Shown: in pieces, positions 35,862-50,129 of the stretch
How positions within the stretch are numbered: position 1 is the first letter of the stretch
Layout: the number at the start of each line of letters is the position of its first letter
Assembly: GCF_001194135.2 (NCBI RefSeq)
Contig: NC_068999.1
Span: 18,530,726 to 18,594,725 of the forward strand
Origin: Octopus bimaculoides
Lineage: Eukaryota
Reading direction: 5' to 3'
DNA length: 64,000 bases
Notes under the pieces: model-generated
The model's database searches: none
Seen by the model: only the letters and a program-made list of their open reading frames with translations
Told to the model about the DNA's origin: nothing
Made by a program: the position numbers and the translations under genes

Positions 35862-38214
35862 AATTATATTATATCAATTATATATATTATATCAATTTCC
35901 TGGTATATTATATCCATTTATTCATATAATTATATAAATTTCCTGGTATATTCCGATCCTAAAATGGACATTTTTGAAAATTCTGTGTTGTATAATTATA
36001 ACTAATAAGTAGTTATACGGGGCGAGTTTATGCATCCCGGACTTCAATTCTTAATCCTATTGCATTGTATAGAATATACTAATTAATATAGCCGGAAACA
36101 TTTGCTGAAATCCATCGCTGTATACCTTAATTATTTTGACATTTGAATTGACAGTATAAATACAAAGATTCATATTCTATTTCTTTTTCTTTTACGTTAA
36201 CTATTTTTGTCTATTTAAAATCCCGGTATATATGGAAAGCGGTTAAACACAGAATTTCCAAACCTGCAAGGTGAAATATAGTACAGGAATACAATTAATA
36301 ATTAATTCTTTCAGGAGAACATTAATTAGTAAATGAAGTGAACTAAGGTGGAAATATTCTTGCCTCATGATGCGAAAATGATTAGATTTGCACAAACCTC
36401 GGGTGTATATTTTGGCTGGAGATTTGTTAAAGGGCGGGTTAAAATACTTTATGTTTCGTATCTTAATTCATTCACATTCTTACTTCAATCCCAGTGAAGC
36501 AGATTTTACCTTTCATCTCTCTAGGATCGATAAATTAAAGTTCCACTCAAGTAGTGTTGTAATTTATTCTCTCTTTCAAAATAGCAGGGTCGTGCCAATG
36601 TTAGAGAGCAATATTATAACCATTAACCTGTAGTTAGAGTCGAAGTTTTAAAACACCATATGCGATGTAGAAGGTTTACAGAGATTTTATCATTTTTCAG
36701 CTATTTTTCGTGTTTGCTTCATATATGAGATTTGAAAACAAAAATAATGAAAATGAAATAATCTCTGCTATAATATGTATTGGAACGAGCACACCGTTTT
36801 TATTATCTATTCGTCGGTCTCTATCACATTCTTCTATTCTCTATCTCTCTACATTTGTTATTCAATTCTTTCTGCGATGAGTTACACATAGCGCAAATAT
36901 ATCCATGTCAGAGTGACATTGCTCTAGGGTGATTTGAAGAACCGATAATACCTATTTTTATTTTAAATGTGTGCGTAATGTGTGGGTAAAATGTGTGGAT
37001 AAACAGAGAATTGCTGTAAAAATAGAATGTTTCGCGATGAATATTTAACGCTTCGATGTATATGGAAGGTAAAATAATAAAATTATCGAGTAAATATAAA
37101 AAAAAAACAGCTGCAATAATGCTTGTTTGCATGAAATATAGGATAAATTAAATCGTATTTTGAAGTTGAAAACATAAGGAGAAAGAGAGTTGAACTAGTA
37201 GAATATTATTAAAAGATACGTTTGCAGTTAATCTAGTTTTTATATTGACGAATATGGCTGCTAGAAGAGATAAAATAAAAAAAAAAAGATGTTGTTTATT
37301 CAGGTACTGAGTATTTGATGGTTGATTAGGTAAATAGATAACAGAACTACGTAATGAGGAAGTTAACGTGTAAAACTTGATATATTGGATACATGATATA
37401 TGAATACCTATATAAATATGTATTTGTGACGGAATATATTGCCAGTTACTGGGTCAGAATATCTGGCCGCACTATACGAATGAAGGAATGTACTGGATTT
37501 CCCCTTCCTAAAATCTCAGGGCCTCGATTTGTGGTCAAGCAATGATTTCCACTCCACTTAACACATTTTTGAAGATTCTCATAAAACAAAAACAATACCG
37601 CCCTTTTTTCTATAATTATAGCATCGTGTTCCTTGTTATAGGTCTGTTGGTACTAAACCTCGTAAGTGTCTTTTCATCGAACATAAGTTACTGACCTCCA
37701 AATGTACTGCCTCTAAAATATTCTATCTCGTTAGAAAGAATATGTCAAATATATAAAGTAGGGAAATTTATGCAGAATATTGAAAAGAGTATTTGAAAAT
37801 ATTTTTTTTTATGGAACATATCTACAGGGAAACGACACACTGACAGTTATCTACTGTAGTACATATTTATGAATAATAGAATACATCGTAATTCAGCGAA
37901 AGCCAATTTAGTCACATGGCTGATGATATTGAAATATACTGCTGCAGGCTGCGCGTGTACCTATCCGATACATGTATGCATGTGTGTATGTGAGCATGTG
38001 CGTGAGTGTGTGCGTATTTATATATAACTAAAAAAAATCTATATGCACTTACATAGGAAGGTTTCACGCGCGCAAATAGGGGTGGATGAATTTAAACCTG
38101 TTTGTGAGTATGTCATTCTGTTTATAAACAAATATGTTATCACGTCCTGCCTAGAGAAGTGAGAAATATATTGCACAGAATATCAAAATACAGTTAAAAG
38201 AACGTAGTCTGCTA

Positions 38215-38274
<60 letters not shown>

Positions 38275-38449
38275 TAGTAGTAGCAGCTGCAGTAGCAGCA
38301 ACAGTAGTAGCGATGTTACTTCATATATTCAAAGTAATGCTAATAGCAATAACAACAATAATAAATCAGACACCACCGCCATCACCACAACCACCACATT
38401 AACAAAAGCAACAACAACAATAACAATGATAATAACAATGATAATAATG

Positions 38450-38528
<79 letters not shown>
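38215..38528. repeat. (TAG)n followed by (AAC)/(AAT)n microsatellites
   Basis: Direct reading of the sequence. Confidence 0.95.
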
Positions 38529-38532
<4 letters not shown>

Positions 38533-38680
38533 ACTGTACAAATCCAAAGATATGGTACCCTAGGCATAACACCAACATGAACTTCTAACTTGTTGTCTCT
38601 TGAGGTCTCTGGGTGAGACTTGGATCCAACTTGTACAAATGCAAAACAAAAGTCAAACATAAAATAATAATAATAATAAT
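38529..38680 (+). mobile_element. Short LINE-like 3' UTR (probably R4/Dong) embedded in (TAA)n
   Basis: Unique ~135-bp sequence with (TAA)n on both sides; its tail resembles the reverse complement of 21305-21345. The family assignment is inference. Confidence 0.55.
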
Positions 38681-40061
38681 GACAATAATAAATTATTACT
38701 ACTCGAAGAGTCTATGAACATAGGTGCTGCTAGCGGTGCTATTCCTGTTTTCTGCATGCATAATATATGTAAGACTAAAACATCAGTAAATATATGGTGT
38801 CAAATATGTATATTGAGCAGAATATCAATTTCATATCTAACAGTCTCGCCATACAATAAATAAAACACTCGTATACATACAGACTCGAATACAAACGATC
38901 ACACATATTCAAACACTGAAATGGATATAGATATATTATATGTATACATATGAATATATCTTTGTTCATATATGTGTGTGTGCATGTATATGTATATATN
39001 NNNNNNNNNNNNNNNNNNNNNNNNNNNNNNNNNNNNNNNNNNNNNNNNNNNNNNNNNNNNNNNNNNNNNNNNNNNNNNNNNNNNNNNNNNNNNNNNNNNN
39101 NNNNNNNNNNNNNNNNNNNNNNNNNNNNNNNNNNNNNNNNNNNNNNNNNNNNNNNNNNNNNNNNNNNNNNNNNNNNNNNNNNNNNNNNNNNNNNNNNNNN
39201 NNNNNNNNNNNNNNNNNNNNNNNNNNNNNNNNNNNNNNNNNNNNNNNNNNNNNNNNNNNNNNNNNNNNNNNNNNNNNNNNNNNNNNNNNNNNNNNNNNNN
39301 NNNNNNNNNNNNNNNNNNNNNNNNNNNNNNNNNNNNNNNNNNNNNNNNNNNNNNNNNNNNNNNNNNNNNNNNNNNNNNNNNNNNNNNNNNNNNNNNNNNN
39401 NNNNNNNNNNNNNNNNNNNNNNNNNNNNNNNNNNNNNNNNNNNNNNNNNNNNNNNNNNNNNNNNNNNNNNNNNNNNNNNNNNNNNNNNNNNNNNNNNNNN
39501 NNNNNNATATATATATATATATAAACTTTATTTTATATAAACGTATGCGTTAAATTCTTGTAGCGGTGTGAATGTGATTTTCTTTATAGTTATGTCCATC
39601 TGATTAAATTCGCGCGTAATTATTTATTCGCCAGACATATGTAAATACTGTAACTTTATTTATATATGACATTTTTCATCAAATATTTCATAAATGAAAT
39701 ATAAAAATAAATTGAAGATTTCGAAAATCAATACTTGGACAATCATTCATAGATTCTAGTAAAACTTGGATCTAAATAACAGAACGCAATATATATATGT
39801 GAAACATTTTCATATTAAGTATTATGTGCAGATATGTAAATATACGTAGATTTCCATAAATATGCCATACGTATGTATACATATGTATACATATGGTTAT
39901 GTGTGTCCGTTTGTTTTTGCGAGAATGTTGATTTATAATGTAAGCCATTCTTAGTAGTTATATTTAATTTACGTATATTCACATAAATGTTACCAAGAAG
40001 ACATTTAATACATGAAGCACAACTCCATCTATGAACATAAAAGAATCCTCGGCATCCCCCC

Positions 40062-40097
<36 letters not shown>

Positions 40098-40117
40098 ATC
40101 TCTCTCTCTCTCTCTCT

Positions 40118-40425
40118 AAGTGTGTGACTTAGTGGTAAGGGTGGTCGGGTCAGACTCGTGAGTTCCATTCCCGGTGACGCGTTGTGAGCTTGGTGAAAAC
40201 ACAGTATTACACGTTGCTGCAGTCCAATTAACTGGCAAAAATTAGTTGTAGTTATAATACAAAGTGCCAGTCTGAGTCACGCTGTATCTCCCTGAGATCT
40301 ACATTAAGTGTACAGGTGTCTGTGGAGTGCTGAGCTACTTTCACGTTAATTTCACACGGAGGCTGTTCCGTTAATCGGGTCAGCTGGATCGCATTAATCG
40401 TAACCGACAGAGTGCCACTGGCATG
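40118..40425 (+). mobile_element. tRNA-derived SINE with an RTE-type 3' tail
   Basis: A-box-like TGACTTAGTGG and B-box-like GAGTTCCATTCC. The tail GTGTCTGTGGAGTGCTGAGCTACTTTCACGTTAATTTCAC...GGCTGTTCCGTT is shared with the reverse complement of 50155-50270. Confidence 0.8.
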
Positions 40426-40781
40426 TATACACATTCATATGCATCATATAATATACTCCGTACTAAATTAAATGATATCAATATTTTGTTGCCATTAAGA
40501 TTCATTGAAACTAACGTTTTCTAATCTGCCTTCACCCCAGACAATCTGATGTTCTGAGCACATGGGTTCCCTATAAAATAAATACCACACATGTGCTCAG
40601 AGCCTCCAGATTGCTTGGCTTCACAAAGTATGCTATAAAACCTGTCTAATTACGTGTCTTAAACTCGTGAAACCATTGGTAATGGTTATGTTCGTTCATA
40701 TAGATATACATATATATATATAAATATGCATATGTATGAATATGCATACACACACACACACATATACATATATACATATAT

Positions 40782-41025
40782 AGACGCAGAAGTGGATAGA
40801 TGGTAAGTTGCTTAGTTACCAACAACCTGGTTCCGGGTTCAGTCCCACTGCCTTGGGCAAGTGTCTTCTACTCCCGGTTCGGGCCGACCAAAACCTTGTG
40901 AGTAGATTTCTTATACGGAAACTGACAGATGCCGGTCGTATGTGTATGTATGTTGGTGCGTTTAAGTCCCCGTAGGTTAGCCGTTCGGCAAAAATAGACC
41001 GATAGAATAAGTACTAGTCTTACAA
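40782..41025 (+). mobile_element. tRNA-derived SINE
   Basis: GGTTCCGGGTTCAGTCCCACTG B-box-like segment, CCTTGGGCAAGTGTCTTCTAC centre, and the same 3' half as 16295-16462. Confidence 0.85.
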
Positions 41026-41034
41026 AGCGAAAAA

Positions 41035-41829
41035 ACTACCTGCAAACTTTTGCATGCGATCGGAAAATCAAAAATGCTCGACAAATGGATACCACACAAT
41101 TTGAATGAAAACCAGAAGATTCACTGATACGAAATTTTTTCTTCGCTTCTTCTTCGTAATCAGACCGATTCACTTCTCAACCGTATTGTAACTTCCGATG
41201 AAAAGTGGATTCTGTTCAATAAAGAAAAAAAAGAACCAACGGTATTCGCAGTGGTTGGATTAAAATGAAGCTCCGAAAACTTTCCCTTAACCCGAGCTCA
41301 TCAAAAGGTTATGTTGGCTGTTTGGTGTCCACTATGATTTCATAAAACCCAGAAATAGCATTACTGCAGAAACATTGTCATGAAATTGCTAAAATGAATG
41401 AAAAAGTTCTTCTCCTCCGTTGCAGACTGGTCAACAGATGGGGTCCAATCATCCTTCATGACAATGCTCGACCACATGCTTAAATTATAACGCTCCAGAA
41501 ATTGAGGGAAGCTGTCTATGAATTTCTTCCTCAACCAGCTTATTTCCCAGACCTTTCCCCTACTGACTACAACTTTTTGAAGCACATTGAGGGTTTCTTG
41601 TGAGATAAGGAGTTCAAAAATCAAACAGTTACTGAAGTGCGTTGAAAGAGTTCATCAGCTGTAGAACTCCGGATATTTATGCTACCGGACTAAACAATGT
41701 TGTAAGTCGATGGTAAATATGTGCTGATTGTAATGGCATTTACTTTGTTGAATATATTTTTTGCATTGTCACAATGTATTGTAATGAATTTCCGGTTTCA
41801 AAACGTTCCTCACATATCGCTCAGCCTAA
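41035..41829 (+). mobile_element. mariner (DD34D) transposase C-terminal pseudogene with the right end
   Basis: LDKWIPHNL (WVPHEL-like), IVTSDEKW, ILHDNARPH and YFPDLSPTDY. The D2 (41460) to D3 (41565) distance is 105 nt, i.e. D34D. Ends ...CAGCCTAA followed by TA. Confidence 0.93.
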
Positions 41830-42295
41830 TATATATATATATATATATATANNNNNNNNNNNNNNNNNNNNNNNNNNNNNNNNNNNNNNNNNNNNNNNNN
41901 NNNNNNNNNNNNNNNNNNNNNNNNNNNNNNNNNNNNNNNNNNNNNNNNNNNNNNNNNNNNNNNNNNNNNNNNNNNNNNNNNNNNNNNNNNNNNNNNNNNN
42001 NNNNNNNNNNNNNNNNNNNNNNNNNNNNNNNNNNNNNNNNNNNNNNNNNNNNNNNNNNNNNNNNNNNNNNNNNNNNNNNNNNNNNNNNNNNNNNNNNNNN
42101 NNNNNNNNNNNNNNNNNNNNNNNNNNNNNNNNNNNNNNNNNNNNNNNNNNNNNNNNNNNNNNNNNNNNNNNNNNNNNNNNNNNNNNNNNNNNNNNNNNNN
42201 NNNNNNNNNNNNNNNNNNNNNNNNNNNNNNNNNNNNNNNNNNNNNNNNNNNNNNNNNNNNNNNNNNNNNNNNNNNNNNNNNNNNNNNNNATATAC

Positions 42296-42332
<37 letters not shown>

Positions 42333-42968
42333 TCTATATATATATATATATATACATATATGACTGTAGGTATGCTGTATTCATGCATGCACATGTCTAT
42401 ATACGTATACATCTCACCTCCCCCCAAGGAAAAGAAATAAAGAGAAGAGATAAAGATAAGAATGCATTAAAGTAGAGAATGCAATGCGAAATGGAACCAA
42501 CATCAAGATTCATCATTTAATTTTCCCCCCTTTTCTTCAAGTAGTAAGTCCTTGCATCAATGAAACATTACCCTTAAGAGAAGCCTAATGAGTTTATGAA
42601 TAAAAGGTACTTCTTGGTAAAGTAGTACCAGAAACAATTTCACTTCAAACTTGGGAATAGAAATATATCAGATCATTTCTTTAATATAAATCAAAGACAT
42701 AATTTATTGTAGCAAGATTTATTTTTACAGCCAGGGAAATTTCCAAGACCATAAACATTGCCGTTATTCGACCGATTGCATTTTTTCTGTCTTTAACTGA
42801 AAATCCTTATACCTCCTCATATTAGTTCTCTGTAACAATGAAATATCAAGTTCGTTGATGATACATTTTGGTTCAAAAGCTTTTGGAACAACTAGTGAAG
42901 TTTGCAAAATAGACATAATAGTGACACTTTCGTAGAAACTAATAATCTAAACATGTGATTATAGTAAT

Positions 42969-42997
42969 ATCTATCTATCTATCTATCTATATGTCTG

Positions 42998-43060
<63 letters not shown>

Positions 43061-43070
43061 CTATCTATCT
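42969..43070. repeat. (ATCT)n tetranucleotide microsatellite
   Basis: Direct reading of the sequence. Confidence 0.95.
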
Positions 43071-43104
43071 CTCTCGCTCTCTCTATATATATATATACCC
43101 CCAC

Positions 43105-43140
<36 letters not shown>

Positions 43141-43714
43141 TCTGTCTTTATATATACCATCACAGAGATATACGTAAACACACGCACATGCACAAACACA
43201 TACACACATACACACGTACACGTATACGCATATGTATTTAGCTATATACATACACTTTGTTTTGTGCGCATCCTTTTGATGGGTTTAATGAAATAGATTG
43301 TGTTTTGTATTTGCCTCCCGGATCTCCAAACCTACGTTGTATCATTGAGTTTTTTTCATCGCATATCAGAAATTCTAAATTTAAAGAGAAAATCTAAATG
43401 AGTTGTTTTCTTTTTCGGAACAAACGCCTGGAACGGAATTTGCCATTGTAACAGGTCTTTTGTATCTGTAATTCCTGTTTGCATTTACTGGAAATACCTG
43501 TTGCATATCGTAAACATCATAACTAATTTTAAAGTAGGTTTTCTGCTATTATCGCTCGGTAAAATATTGCTAAGGATTATTGTGTATATTAAATTAGTTC
43601 AATTGACAAAAGCCTTTACAAGTGTGATTGTTGTTATTGCACAGTTGAATTTTCGAAACTGACCGTTTTACCTGACTTATTAGTCGAGTGCTGGATAAGG
43701 CTTTGTACTGACAG

Positions 43715-44280
43715 AACCGTTAGCACATCGAGTAGATATGCCCAACGTTATGTAATCCAAGTTGTTAAATTCTGAGATAAATTGCAGCATAGAACGTTTC
43801 ACATCCATTCGAAATAGACAAAATAGCATTTGAGCAATGATATCGATGTAATCTACTAGCTTACTCACGATAAAATTGCTTGCCTCGTGACGATATCTGA
43901 AACCGTTATTACAAAGGAATGTTAGATAAGTGACTAGCAGAAACCTTATTATGTCTGGCCAAAAGGAAAGCACCGTTTCTCCTCTGGTTCACTACGTTTT
44001 CAGTTAAAATTTCCGTCACGGTTGACATTGTCTTTCATCCGTTCAGCGTCGATCATTTAGTTATCAATTGATACGTAATTATCTTTGATGTAATTGAGTA
44101 ATTTCTTCCACCTGATATTACAAATATTACGCCACAATTTGAAATTATTTTAAATATTTCTCAAATTCCGCCAAGGTTAACTTTGCTATTCAACCTGTCT
44201 GGGTCAATAAAATAAGTACCAGTTCAACAATTGAGTCGCTGTAACCGGCTTCGCACTTCCATTACATTTCAGGCCTGTAA
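43715..44280 (+). mobile_element. Cluster of decayed SINE fragments (~43715-43760, ~43990-44075, ~44158-44280)
   Basis: GAACCGTTAGCAC head-like piece, GTCTTTCATCCGTTCAGCGTCGAT, and CAAATTCCGCCAAGGTTAACTTTGC...GGTCAATAAAATAAGTACCAG, all matching the 13909/35641 family. Confidence 0.6.
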
Positions 44281-47197
44281 TATATATCATCATTGTAATA
44301 TATATTATCATTCACTAGTTTCTTCAGAGAAAATATTAAACGATTAATTCATAGTACAAGTCAGGCTACACATACCTCTAAACATAATATATTGTACAAT
44401 TATCAAACTTTGCGGGTAAGATATTTCTATATGTTGACACTTGAACTCGGTCAGATAAGAGTACGCATCTATAAGCTGATCTTAAATGTACTATAAGAAT
44501 AACGTCCAGTTTTCCAATGCCGTTACGCTTGTTTTATATATCGAAAACAAATTTCCATATTTATTGTTGTTTTTACGATGCTTCACTATTATCATTCATG
44601 TTTCATTGAAGCCACTTTTGATATAGAATTAGTCGTTTTCTACAGCTGCTTAAATAAAGATGTGGAATATGAACTGCTTTTAAATATGATATTACTGTAT
44701 GTCATAAAATAGCATTTTCAGTGTTTCATATTTAATTCAAACTACTATAAAATCACGTATATTTCGGAACATGTCTCGGCTCTATGGAAAGCCAGGATGG
44801 GGATATCCTTCTTCATGAAATAACCTGGCCTACAATAGTGATATTCCGCTTGATAGATCATTTTTGTCTTTTGAAATACATTGTTTCAATTTCAACCAAT
44901 ATATATCTTCAAAATAGACTTCTTTATGCTTCAATTTTTATTCGCCAGTCTGATATGATGGTATATGATATATTTCCTGAATACTCTACCTGTTTAATTT
45001 TCCGTAACACATCTCAATGTTCATTCGGCATTGTTTCAATACATATCGGGATCAGGGGCATTTGAATACTGCACATGCGTACTTGGATTTATGAACGTAG
45101 ATATAACTACTAAGTACAATTCATTGTTTTCCCCTTCCTTCACCCACACACAGACATATACACACAAACGCGCGCACACACATATATATACTAGCAAACG
45201 CACTCGTCATTTGGACAGTCTAAGTTGCTTTGGTGGTATTCTTTTCATCAAATAATTGAACTACCGAAAAGGTTTATGGGTAGCACAGCAATCTGTTTCC
45301 GATTAACCTAGGAACGGAAAATTAAATTGAATCTGGTTATTGTGGAGGTCGTTGCACTTTGATAATCATAGACTATATAAAATTTTACAAGCGATACAAA
45401 GTGCTTTTTTGTGTAGATTACGGATAATGACTACACAATATTGCTGTTTTACATGAAAGCAAAATTTCTTGTCAGAAACCGCCACATGAATGGTGTAAGG
45501 AAATTGAAAGAAGACGTTGAAAGGGAGCTTTTTTTTTTTGAGTGATAAGCTAATACAAGCCCCTTTATTCTGTGTTCCCATATAGCCCAACAGCGAATGC
45601 TGCATTAAGTTTATATTGATATGGTGCTTTCTGAAAAATACATACAGCTTTCACTAGCGGAAGCAAAACTCTTATTGATATATTCTTGCTACTTACATAT
45701 TATATTCCGTATATACAGAATAGCTTATATTCGACAAACCTTACCTACGATTGATCTCGAATATCACAGTTTGAAACTGACTAAGAGAAACATTAAATTG
45801 TAAATTTACATGGTAAAATGAATCTTTGCAAATATTACTAAATAGAGAGGAAATATCTATCGAGATATTTGAGATTCAAAAATCAGTACGTAAACAAGCG
45901 AATAGGATAATAAGAACCTATTTAAGTGAAGTTGATATTTTATTTCAATAAAAGACCTACTTCCAAAACACAAATTACATTTTTTCTAATTTTTTTTTTC
46001 TTTAAGTTACCGAGAATATTTCGTTCGCCGCGCTCTCTGTCAAAGAAAACTATAAAATAAAAGGCAAGCAAATCGTGCATAAAAATATTACATATGTTAA
46101 ATTTCACCAAATCAACATAACGATGTTTATGAGGGCGAATATTACCGAAATATACAATACAGCTATTTTAGCAAAATATAATAATCACACAATAAATATA
46201 TACGAAATTGTGATCAAAAATGTCCATTTCTAATATAATGTTTGACCGTCTAGGTTACTTTCTAATTACATGTTTTTAGATATATTATATCAGTGTAATT
46301 TTCAATTTGAAATCTGGAATGAATATATATNNNNNNNNNNNNNNNNNNNNNNNNNNNNNNNNNNNNNNNNNNNNNNNNNNNNNNNNNNNNNNNNNNNNNN
46401 NNNNNNNNNNNNNNNNNNNNNNNNNNNNNNNNNNNNNNNNNNNNNNNNNNNNNNNNNNNNNNNNNNNNNNNNNNNNNNNNNNNNNNNNNNNNNNNNNNNN
46501 NNNNNNNNNNNNNNNNNNNNNNNNNNNNNNNNNNNNNNNNNNNNNNNNNNNNNNNNNNNNNNNNNNNNNNNNNNNNNNNNNNNNNNNNNNNNNNNNNNNN
46601 NNNNNNNNNNNNNNNNNNNNNNNNNNNNNNNNNNNNNNNNNNNNNNNNNNNNNNNNATATATATATATATATATATACAATGAGAGAGGGAAAGAGGGAA
46701 AGAGAGAGAGTTCAAAGATGAGAATCAGATATTTCCTGTATAGAAAACACTCAGTAGTTTTCAAGAGATGTAACCTTGAAGGGTAAATGTAGGGATAAGC
46801 AAGTTAGACAGATCAATATATAAAGAAATTTAAATACATGAAGTAAAAAAAAATGTATATATGTCTACATACAAAACGGTCCAAGTTATACAAAATATTA
46901 ATGATGTAGAGACTATTGTTCAACCCTTTTAATTCTTTTATATCATTTGTTTTCAGTGAATATTCGGACCTTTTTCTTTGATAACAAATGCACTTTTATT
47001 GTATTTCATATATTTAATATATTTTATATACTAGCTTACCCCTACTTACGTATACACACATACATACGTATAGAAATGACATAGAGTAACTTGTCATAAT
47101 AGTACTCGGAGTTTCAAATGCCAGAGCTAAGAGCTATGCATATATAAATATTCCTCTATTTACATATCGAGGCCTCATTCCTTTCCTGTCACTTTCG

Positions 47198-47278
47198 TTC
47201 TTCTTCTTCTTCTTCTTCTTCTTCTTCTTCTTCTTCTTCTTCTTCTTCTTCTTCTTCTTCTTCTTCTTCTTCTTCTTC
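47198..47278. repeat. (TTC)n microsatellite
   Basis: Direct reading of the sequence. Confidence 0.95.
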
Positions 47279-47288
47279 NNNNNNNNNN

Positions 47289-47326
<38 letters not shown>

Positions 47327-48769
47327 ATTGTGCAGTAGTTTACCAGCGTTTATGTAATTTATCATTATAATGTATGTTATCAGAAAAACAACATTTACCT
47401 GACCAGGTGATTAGTTCAGGGCTTGGTATCTGGGTTGAACATGACCCAGAATTTGAGAATAAACTTTGCAATATGTATGTACGGAATTAAGAAGTGATGG
47501 AATCAAAGTGGGTATGAGCTTCTGGATGCAGCCAATCGATTTGTGACACTTTCCAATGCGTTATGTGGTACTTTAAATCATGCTATGTTGAATATCCTTT
47601 GGTCTAATAACAACATTACTGCGCATGTGAGAGAAGTATTTCCTAGTGTGTTTAGATTAAGCAAAAGAGACATTTAATATTCGTTGAAAATTAGTGTATC
47701 AATTAACCCTTAAATTGCAAGGTGAGATTTTGGGAACTATTACATCGCTTAGTAGAAGTGGGTTTGCTAAAATCCATAATTCTTAATACTAAACCACAAC
47801 AGTTTGTTTCTCTGTTAAGGCTCTACGTGCATGCGCATTAACATTTTAGGTATAAGTGGAATAATGTTATGAATGTTATAAGGTTACATTTTTAGTTCCC
47901 ACTCTGCCGAGAGAGACAAATTTGGCATATCACTATCGAATGATGCATTTGGTTTATGTGTTCTTTGAACAAGTACTAATTTCACACGTGATATTAATTA
48001 CGAACTATTGAAAAATAAGCTTAAATATGTGAATGTATCTTGATTTTGAATAACTATTTAATAGACCAGATGTCCTTGAAATATAAAATGTATACCAAAA
48101 AGCGTAAAATGACCAATAGTAAAAAGCCATCGTAATAACAGGGAAGACATTAAATCTTGATGGCTGAAACAGTGTCAACAATCTCATTCATACAGAAATA
48201 AACATGAATGCATGGTTTGTAAACATAAGGAACTTGATGTAGTACATATTTCATATTTAGACTAGCGCAATTTGTGTAAGAATCTAAAAGCGTTGGAGTG
48301 TCTGGTATATAAGAATTACAGTGTGTGTGAAGGAATAAACCAGTACAGATTACGCCAATAAGTGGTGTTTAGTAATTTTATATATACATATAAACACTCA
48401 TATTCTTCAAACACAACCAGTTATTCATTACTAGAAAACGTGTTTCAAAAATGTGTGTATATATATATCAGTTATTCAAAAGTTGAGATTCCTTCTAGAA
48501 CACAGCAAGCAGTCTTCATTTGTAGTTTTCGCAAATCATATATGGTATATCTGAAATCTCAAGACAATAAGCAAAGAAAAGATTTGACTAAAAACTTCCC
48601 CTCGGCTCTCCCCAGTGTCAATTCATTTCCATATCTACAATTATTTCTCAACGATCTCAAATTTATATATTCTATTACGAACCATATATACGCATACAAA
48701 CGCATACACACGCAAGTACACACAGGCACACACACACACACACGCACATGAAGACACACACACACACAC

Positions 48770-48800
<31 letters not shown>

Positions 48801-48877
48801 TATACGTATCTGTTTATATATGTATGTAAACTTACATAAATAATATATATCGATGCGCATACAGCATAAATGTATGG

Positions 48878-48922
<45 letters not shown>

Positions 48923-49464
48923 CTTGTCTATATAGATATATAGACGAATCTGTGTGTGTGTATTAGAGACAGGTGCTTGCCATTACATTTACCCATATAT
49001 ACAAATACGCGTGTCTGTTTGTGTGTGTATAAATAGATATATACATAAAGCTACATATATCAGACATTGTTGAATACAAATTTTCTTCCTGCTATTTTTT
49101 GTCGTTTTGTATTTTTGTCTCTCAATAGTCTATTAATCAATATCACTAAATAATTGCTTCTTGAAATACATGATGATAAATCTGGCAACGTGTCTTAGTG
49201 ATGACTAAGCATTTGTCTCCTTAGACAATTTCTCGAGAATATGAACAACCTCAGTAAAGCTAATAGTCTTTCAGATTTTCTAACAAAAACCAAGGAATTC
49301 AAAACCTCTCAGCAAAAAAAAAGAGATAAAATAAAGTAGTGAACAAAATATCTGTTGTAAGACATAATTAATAGAAACACTGTTTTCTTTTCGGTGTTAT
49401 CTTGTTTCTTTTTATTTCCTTTGGTTTTCGCCTAATTTTCCTCCAATTATTCCTCGGCTTTCTC

Positions 49465-49537
49465 ATCACCATCATCATCATCATCATCATCATAACCATC
49501 ATCATCATCATCATCATAGTTTTTTTGTTTATTTTCC

Positions 49538-49568
<31 letters not shown>

Positions 49569-49745
49569 CTGCTTCGTGTCCTTTTTCTTCTGTACATTCG
49601 TTACTTGTACAAGTAGCAACAACGAGATCAGCAATTGACTATTAGATATAAAGAAGAATAAAAATAACATAAGACAAATACACAGATGACAATTCTATCG
49701 ATAATAGCAATAATTACATTACAATCATTATTATTATTATTATTA

Positions 49746-49779
<34 letters not shown>

Positions 49780-50005
49780 CATTATTATTATTATTATCAT
49801 CATTATTATTATTATTAATATTACTATTATTACTCTCGTTATTATTAATATTACTGTTATTAAAAATAAGTAGAAAAGAACCAACATTAACAACATTAAG
49901 TAGAAGAAGGAGGAGGAGGAGGGGAGGGGAGGAAGGGGAGATGAAAAAGAAGAAGAAGAACAACAACAACAACAACAAGAATGAGGAGGAGGAGGAGGAG
50001 GAGGA
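49465..50005. repeat. Compound trinucleotide microsatellite cluster (ATC, TTC, ATT, GGA, AAG, AAC)
   Basis: Direct reading; it explains the homopolymeric ORFs in the track. Confidence 0.95.
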
Positions 50006-50129
50006 GCGGATATGAACATACGCAACAACTGCTACATGAAATGAAGCAAAATAACTGGCTCTCCAACTATTTTAATCCTTGGTATTATAACTAATAAATA
50101 CTAGCCTCTCTCTGATATTAGCAATAATA

